This document shows, one piece after another, positions 55,801 through 64,000 of a stretch of DNA of 64,000 nt. The stretch's first letter is position 1. Each line of letters starts with the position of its first letter. The stretch lies in the NCBI GenBank assembly GCA_030141605.1, contig JAQGDQ010000475.1, forward strand, positions 110,159 to 174,158. The letters run 5' to 3'. The position numbers and the translations under genes were made by a program. The notes beneath the pieces are model-generated. The model did not search any database. It was not told the origin of the DNA and worked only from the letters and a program-made list of their open reading frames with translations. Source of the stretch: Tubiluchus corallicola. Lineage: Eukaryota > Animalia > Priapulida.

Positions 55801-58800
55801 TTGCGCAGATAAAATAAATTAGCTTATCAGAAGGCACGCACAGCTAAACGCAAGCACCTGGCAGGAAAAGTTCAATTTTCAATTTCATATGCCTGATCAA
55901 AAGAAATCTGCGGGGAAGCAATTATATAGTAAGGTTACATGGATTCGGGCAAACTTGGTAAAAAGTCACCTACACGCAATCTAGAACATTTACTGATACT
56001 ACAGGTCCGAAGACACCTTCATCCATTCCAAAACATCTAGTTAAAACGTAAAGACAAACTTAAACGTCTCATCTGATCTCAAGTAGTCAAACTGAAAAAT
56101 CTGGACAGATGCAGTCTACTGCTAGGTTCAGTCATCTGGTCAAAAGACTTCTACCGGCAATTTTAAGCATCTCAATAGAGACATTGAATAGATAACCTAA
56201 ATTAGCTTATCAGAAGGGACGCACGGCTAAATGCAAGCACGTGGCAGGAAAAGTTCAATTCCCAATCTCATGTACTTCTGGTCAGAAAGAATCTACAACC
56301 ATCTTCACCGCCTGATGAGAAGACATCTACTGATTCATCTACAACCATCTAGCAAGAGAACGCCTACGGACAATGTCAGCCATCTACAGAAGACGCCTAC
56401 AAGCAATCTGAAACACTCTGCTTAACAATCTAGTCAGAGGGCATCCAGATCCCATCACATTTAACTCTTAGGATCTACAGACAACCTAAGACGTCTAATC
56501 AAAGCTCGTCTAGAACAATCTCAAACATCTGCACAGGTGAAGTCGACAGCCAATCTCAAGTATCTAATCAGAAGACTTCCACAAGCAGCACAATGTTAAG
56601 CACCTGAATACAGGCATACACAGACAGCCTCAATTAGCTTGTCAGCACGCACGCACGGCCAAACGCAAGCACCTTGTAGGAAAAGTGCTATTGTCAATCT
56701 CAGGTATTTGATCAAATGAAGTCTGCAGGGAAGCAATTATATAGTAAGGTTACATGGATTCAGGCAAGTTTGGTAAAAGACATCTACAAGCAATCTACTA
56801 ATACCTCAGTTCTGAAGACACCTTCATCCATTCCAAATCTAGTTAAAACCTAAAGACAAACTTAAACGTCTCATCTGAACTCAACTAGTCAAACTGAAAA
56901 ATCTGGACAGATGCAGTCTACTGTTAGGTTCAGGCATCTGGTCAAAAGACTTCTACCGGCAATTTTAAGCATCTCAATAGAGAACTTGCGCAGATAACCT
57001 AAATTAGCTTATCAGAAGGCACGCACAGCTAAACGCAAGCACCTGGCAGGAAAAGTTCAATTTTCAATTTCATATGCCTGATCAAAAGAAATCTGCGGGG
57101 AAGCAATTATATAGTAAGGTTACATGGATTCGGGCAAGCTTGGTAAAAAGTCACCTACACGCAATCTAGAACATTTACTGATACTACAGGTCCGAAGACA
57201 CCTTCATCCATTCCAAAACATCTAGTTAAAACCTAAAGACAAAATTAAACGTCTCATCTGAACTCAACTAGTCAAACTGAAAAATCTGGGCAGATGCAGT
57301 CTACTGCTAGGTTCACGCATCTAGTCAAAAGACTTCTACCGGCAATTTTAAGCATCTCAATAGAGACATTGCGCAGATAACCTTGTAGGAAAAGTTCTAT
57401 TGTCAATCTCAGGTATTTGATCAAATGAAGTCTGCAGGGAAGCAATTATATAGTAAGGTTACATGGATTCAGGCAAGTTTGGTAAAAGACATCTACAAGC
57501 AATCTACTAATACCTCAGTTCTGAAGACACCTTCATCCATTCCAAAACATCTAGTTAAAACCGAAAGACAAACTTAAACGTCTCATCTGAACTCAACTAG
57601 TCAAACTGAAAAATCTGGACAGATGCAGTCTACTGTTAGGTTCAGGCATCTGGTCAAAAGACTTCTACCGGCAATTTTAAGCATCTCAATAGAGACATTG
57701 CGCAGATAACCTAATTTAGCTTATCAGAAGGCACGCACAGCTAAACGCAAGCACCTGGCAGGAAAAGTTCAATTTTCAATTTCATATGCCTGTCCAAAAG
57801 AAATCTGCGGGGAAGCAATTACTGCTGCAAGGTTCACTCATCTAGTCAAAAGACTTCTACCGGCAATTTTAAGCATCTCAATAGAGACATTGCGCAGATA
57901 ACCTTGTAGGAAAAGTTCTATTGTCAATCTTAGGTACCTACTCAAAAGAAATATACAGGGAACTCATTATATAGTAAGGTGACATTGATTCACCCAAGCT
58001 TGGTAAAACGGCACCTACACGTAATCTAAAACATTCACTGATACCACAGGTCTGAAGACACCTTCATCCATTCCAAAACATCTAGTTAAAACGTAAAGAC
58101 AAACTTAAACGTCTCATCTGAACTCACCTGAATAGAGGCATACACAGTCAGCCTCAATTAGCTTGTCAGCACGCACGCACGGCCAAACGCAAGCGCCTTG
58201 TAGGAAAAGTGCTATTGTCAATCTCAGGTATTTGATCAAAGAAAATCTGCAGGGAAGCAATTATATAGTAAGGTTACATGGATTCAGGCAAGTTTGGTAA
58301 AAAAGACACCTACAAGCAATCTACTAATACCTCAGGTCTGAAGACACCTTCATCCATTCCAAAACATCTAGTTAAAACGTAAAGACAAACTTAAACGTCT
58401 CATCTGAACTCAATAAATCGACTGAAAAATCTGGACAAAGATGCAGTCTACTGCTAGGTTCACGCATCTAGTCGAAAGACTTCTACCGGCAATTTTAAGC
58501 ATCTCAATAGAGACATTGCGCAGATAACCTTGTAGGAAAAATTCTATTGTCAATCTTAGGTACCTACTCAAAAGAAATCTGCAGGGAACTAATTATATAG
58601 TAAGGTGACATTGATTCACCCAAGCTTGGTAAAACGGCACCTACACGTAATCTAAAACATTCACTGATACCACAGGTCTGAAGACACCTTTACCCATTCC
58701 AAAACATCTAGTTAAAACGTAAAGACAAACTTAAACGTCTCATCTGAACTCACCTGAATAGAGGCATACACGAAGTCAGCCTCAATTAGCTTGTCAGCAC

Positions 58801-61177
58801 GCACGCACGGCCAAACACTATCAGCGCCTTGTAGGAAAAGTGCTATTGTCAATCTCAGGTACCTGATCAAAAGAAATCTGCGGGGAAGCAATTATATAGT
58901 AAGGTTACATGGATTCGGGCAAGCTTGGTAAAAAGTCACCTACACGCAATCTAGAACATTTACTGATACTACAGGTCCGAAGACACCTTCATCCATTCCA
59001 AAACATCTAGTTAAAACCTAAAGACAAAATTAAACGTCTCATCTGAACTCAACTAGTCAAACTGAAAAATCTGGGCAGATGCAGTCTACTGCTAGGTTCA
59101 CGCATCTAGTCAAAAGACTTCTACCGGCAATTTTAAGCATCTCAATAGAGACATTGCGCAGATAACCTTATAGGAAAAGTTCTATTGTCAATCTTAGGTA
59201 CCTACTCAAAAGAAATCTACAGGGAACTCGTTATATAGTAAGGTGACATTGATTCACTCAAGCTTGGTAAAACGGCACCTACACGTAATCTAAAACATTC
59301 ACTGATACCACAGGTCTGAAGACACCTTCATCCATTCCAAAACATCTAGTTAAAACGTAAAGACAAACTTAAACGTCTCATCTGAACTCATTTAGTCAAA
59401 CTGAAAAATCTGGACAGATGCAGTCTACTGCTAGGTTCAGGCATCTGGTCAAAAGACTTCTACCGGCAATTTTAATCATCTCAATAGAGACATTGCGCAG
59501 ATAACCTAAATTAGCTAATCAGTAGGCACGCACGGCTAAACGCAAACACCTGGCAGGAAAAGTTCAATTTTCAATTTCATATGCCTGATCAAAAGAAATC
59601 TGCGGGGAAGCAATTATATAGTAAGGTGACATTGATTCACCCAAGCTTGGTAAAACGGCACCTACACGTAATCTAAAACATTCACTGATACCACAGGTCT
59701 GAAGACACCTTCATCCATTCCAAAACATCTAGTTAAAACGTAAAGACAAACTTAAACGTCTCATCTGAACTCAGCTAGTCAAACTGAAAAATCTGGACAG
59801 ATGCAGTCTACTGCTAGGTTCAGGCATCTGGTCAAAAGACTTCTACCGGCAATTTTAATCATCTCAATAGAGACATTGCGCAGATAACCTAAATTAGCTA
59901 ATCAGTAGGCACGCACGGCTAAACGCAAGCACCTGACAGGAAAAGTTCAATTCCCAATCCCATGTACTTCTGGTCAGAAAGAAACTACAACCGTTTTCAC
60001 CACCTGATGAGAAGACATCTACTGGCAAATCTACAAGCATCTAGCAAGAGAACGCCTTCGGACTATCTCAGCCATCTACAGAAGACGCCTACAAGCAATC
60101 TGAAACACTCTGCTTAACAATCTAGTCAGAGGGCATCCAGATCCAATCACATTCAACTCTTAGGATCTACAGACAACCTAAGACGTCTAATCAGAGCTCG
60201 CCCAGAACAATCACAAACATCTGCACAGGTAAAGTCGACAGAGAAATCTCAAATATCTAATCACAAGACTTGCGCAAGCAGGGCAATGTTAAGCACCCTG
60301 AATAGAGGCATACACAGTCAGCCTCAATTAGCTTGTCAGCACGCACGCACGGCCAAACGCAAGCGCCTTGTAGGAAAAGTGCTATTGTCAATCTCAGGTA
60401 TTTGATCAAAGAAAATCTGCAGGGAAGCAATTATATAGTAAGGTTACATGGATTCAGGCAAGTTTGGTAAAAGACACCTACAAGCAATCTACTAATACCT
60501 CAGGTCTGAAGACACCTTCATCCATTCCAAAACATCTAGTTAAAACGTAAAGACAAACTTAAACGTCTCATCTGATCTCAACTAGTCAAACTGAAAAATC
60601 TGGACAGATGCAGTCTACTGCTAGGTTCAGTCATCTGGTCAAAAGTCTTCTACCGGCAATTTTAAGCATCTCAATAGAGACATTGCGTAGATAACCTAAA
60701 TTAGCTTATCAGAAGGGACGCACGGCTAAATGCAAGCACGTGGCAGGAAAAGTTCAATTCCCAATCTCATGTACTTCTGGTCAGAAAGAATCTACAACCA
60801 TCCTCACCGCCTGATGAGAAGACATCTACTGATTCATCTACAACCATCTAGCAAGAGAACGCCTACGGACAATGTCAGCCATCTACAGACGACGCCTACA
60901 AGCAATCTGAAACACTCTGCTTAACAATCTAGTCAGAGGGCATCCAGATCCCATCACATTCAACTCTTAGGATCTACAGACAACCTAAGACGTCTAATCA
61001 AAGCTCGTCTAGAACAATCTCAAACATCTGCACAGGTGAAGTCGACAGCCAATCTCAAGTATCTAATCAGAAGACTTCCACAAGCAGCACAATGTTAAGC
61101 ACCTGAATACAGGCATACACAGACAGCCTCAATTAGCTTGTCAGCACGCACACACGGCCAAACGCAAGCACCTTGTA
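49858..61177 (+). repeat. Complex satellite: higher-order repeats of diverged ~35-bp monomers, forward arm
   Basis: The first higher-order unit is 813 bp (ACAATGTCAGCCATCTACAG at 49861 and 50674). Later units are shuffled modules of ~250-350 bp. Confidence 0.95.
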
Positions 61178-62095
61178 NNNNNNNNNNNNNNNNNNNNNNN
61201 NNNNNNNNNNNNNNNNNNNNNNNNNNNNNNNNNNNNNNNNNNNNNNNNNNNNNNNNNNNNNNNNNNNNNNNNNNNNNNNNNNNNNNNNNNNNNNNNNNNN
61301 NNNNNNNNNNNNNNNNNNNNNNNNNNNNNNNNNNNNNNNNNNNNNNNNNNNNNNNNNNNNNNNNNNNNNNNNNNNNNNNNNNNNNNNNNNNNNNNNNNNN
61401 NNNNNNNNNNNNNNNNNNNNNNNNNNNNNNNNNNNNNNNNNNNNNNNNNNNNNNNNNNNNNNNNNNNNNNNNNNNNNNNNNNNNNNNNNNNNNNNNNNNN
61501 NNNNNNNNNNNNNNNNNNNNNNNNNNNNNNNNNNNNNNNNNNNNNNNNNNNNNNNNNNNNNNNNNNNNNNNNNNNNNNNNNNNNNNNNNNNNNNNNNNNN
61601 NNNNNNNNNNNNNNNNNNNNNNNNNNNNNNNNNNNNNNNNNNNNNNNNNNNNNNNNNNNNNNNNNNNNNNNNNNNNNNNNNNNNNNNNNNNNNNNNNNNN
61701 NNNNNNNNNNNNNNNNNNNNNNNNNNNNNNNNNNNNNNNNNNNNNNNNNNNNNNNNNNNNNNNNNNNNNNNNNNNNNNNNNNNNNNNNNNNNNNNNNNNN
61801 NNNNNNNNNNNNNNNNNNNNNNNNNNNNNNNNNNNNNNNNNNNNNNNNNNNNNNNNNNNNNNNNNNNNNNNNNNNNNNNNNNNNNNNNNNNNNNNNNNNN
61901 NNNNNNNNNNNNNNNNNNNNNNNNNNNNNNNNNNNNNNNNNNNNNNNNNNNNNNNNNNNNNNNNNNNNNNNNNNNNNNNNNNNNNNNNNNNNNNNNNNNN
62001 NNNNNNNNNNNNNNNNNNNNNNNNNNNNNNNNNNNNNNNNNNNNNNNNNNNNNNNNNNNNNNNNNNNNNNNNNNNNNNNNNNNNNNNNNNNNNNN
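61178..62095. other. Assembly gap (918 N)
   Basis: Run of N. Confidence 0.99.
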
Positions 62096-64000
62096 TTAGT
62101 TCCCTGCAGATTTCTTTTGATCAGGTACCTGAGATTGACAATAGCACTTTTCCTACAAGGTGCTTGCGTTTGGCCGTGCGTGCGTACTGACAAGCTAATT
62201 GAGGCTGACTGTGTATGCCTCTATTCAGGGTGCTTAACATTGCCCTGCTTGCGCAAGTCTTGTGATTAGATATTTGAGATTTCTCTGTCGACTTTACCTG
62301 TGCAGATGTTTGAGATTGTTCTGGGCGAGCTCTGATTAGACGTCTTAGGTTGTCTGTAGATCCTAAGAGTTGAATGTGATTGGATCTGGATGCCCTTTGA
62401 CTAGATTGTTAAGCAGAGTGTTTCAGATTGCTTGTAGGCGTCTTCTGTAGATGGCTGAGATAGTCCGAAGGCGTTCTCTTGCTAGATGCTTGTAGATTTG
62501 CCAGTAGATGTCTTCTCATCAGGTGGTGAAAACGGTTGTAGTTTCTCTCTGACCAGAAGTACATGAGATTGGGAATTGAACTTTTCCTGTCAGGTGCTTG
62601 CGTTTAGCCGTGCGTGCCTACTGATTAGCTAATTTAGGTTATCTGCGCAATGTCTCTATTGAGATGCTTAAAATTGCCGGTAGAAGTCTTTTAACTAGAT
62701 GCGTGAACCTAGCAGTAGACTGCATCTGCCCAGATTTTTCAGTTTGACTAGTTGAGTTCAGATGAGACGTTTAATTTTGTCTTTAGGTTTTAACTAGATG
62801 TTTTGGAATGGATGAAGGTGTCTTCGGACCTGTAGTATCAGTAAATGTTCTAGATTGCGTGTAGGTGACTTTTTACCAAGCTTGCCCGAATCCATGTAAC
62901 CTTACTATATAATTGCTTCCCCGCAGATTTCTTTTGATCAGGCATATGAAATTGAAAATTGAACTTTTCCTGCCAGGTGTTTGCGTTTAGCCGTGCGTGC
63001 CTTCTGATAAGCTAATTTAGGTTATCTGCGCAAGTTCTCTATTGAGATGCTTAAAATTGCCGGTAGAAGTCTTTTGACCAGATGCCTGAACCTAACAGTA
63101 GACTGCATCTGTCCAGATTTTTCAGTTTGACTAGTTGAGTTCAGATGAGACGTTTAAGTTTGTCTTTAGGTTTTAACTAGATGTTTTGGAATGGATGAAG
63201 GTGTCTTCAGAACTGAGGTATTAGTAGATTGCTTGTAGATGTCTTTTACCAAACTTGCCTGAATCCATGTAACCTTACTATATAATTGCTTCCCTGCAGA
63301 CTTCATTTGATCAAATACCTGAGATTGACAATAGCACTTTTCCTACAAGGTGCTTGCGTTTGGCCGTGCGTGCGTGCTGACAAGCTAATTGAGGCTGTCT
63401 GTGTATGCCTGTATTCAGGTGCTTAACATTGTGCTGCTTGTGGAAGTCTTCTGATTAGATACTTGAGATTGGCTGTCGACTTCACCTGTGCAGATGTTTG
63501 AGATTGTTCTAGACGAGCTTTGATTAGACGTCTTAGGTTGTCTGTAGATCCTAAGAGTTGAATGTGATGGGATCTGGATGCCCTCTGACTAGATTGTTAA
63601 GCAGAGTGTTTCAGATTGCTTGTAGGCGTCTTCTGTAGATGGCTGACATTGTCCGTAGGCGTTCTCTTGCTAGATGGTTGTAGATGAATCAGTAGATGTC
63701 TTCTCATCAGGCGGTGAAGATGGTTGTAGATTCTTTCTGACCAGAAGTACATGAGATTGGGAATTGAACTTTTCCTGCCACGTGCTTGCATTTAGCCGTG
63801 CGTCCCTTCTGATAAGCTAATTTAGGTTATCTATTCAATGTCTCTATTGAGATGCTTAAAATTGCCGGTAGAAGTCTTTTGACCAGATGACTGAACCTAG
63901 CAGTAGACTGCATCTGTCCAGATTTTTCAGTTTGACTAGTTGAGTTCAGATGAGACGTTTAAGTTTGTCTTTAGATCCTAAGAGTTGAATGTGATGGGAT
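62096..64000 (-). repeat. Same complex satellite in inverted orientation
   Basis: Reverse complement of the forward-arm modules. The marker ORF MQARGRK... lies on the minus strand at 63597-63791. Confidence 0.95.

Noticed and set aside
61138-62193. 308-350 aa ORFs
   Set aside because: They consist of N bases from the assembly gap.
50535-63791. Five copies of a 64-aa ORF (MQARGRK...) as a tandem gene family, or the satellite as a degenerate Gln/Ser/Thr repeat gene
   Set aside because: Monomers are mostly 35 bp, which is not frame-preserving. Variant blocks lose the ATG, and there are no splice or homology signals.

Overview
Metazoan (invertebrate-looking) genomic DNA with spliceosomal introns; the organism cannot be identified from this window. 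From left to right: the last four coding exons of a PTPN9/PTP-MEG2-like tyrosine phosphatase (+, 1-5512); a six-exon cytosolic sulfotransferase (+, 18329-29848) with non-canonical catalytic motifs and one frameshift; a seven-exon CEP104 fragment (+, ~30753-39484) that is intact but lacks its 5' part; and a minus-strand Pro/Tyr/Gln-rich protein with a C-terminal transmembrane helix (44037 to at least 47791). The last ~14 kb is a higher-order satellite built from diverged ~35-bp monomers, and it switches strand across an N gap. Introns and intergenic DNA are dense with MITEs, LINE/Gypsy fragments, minisatellites and microsatellites. The most striking pattern is tandem arrays that duplicate real splice sites: 13 copies of a PTPN9 exon end plus donor, and ~15 copies of a sulfotransferase acceptor, where choosing a wrong copy gives a premature stop. 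Gene identities rest on recalled family motifs, not on database searches.
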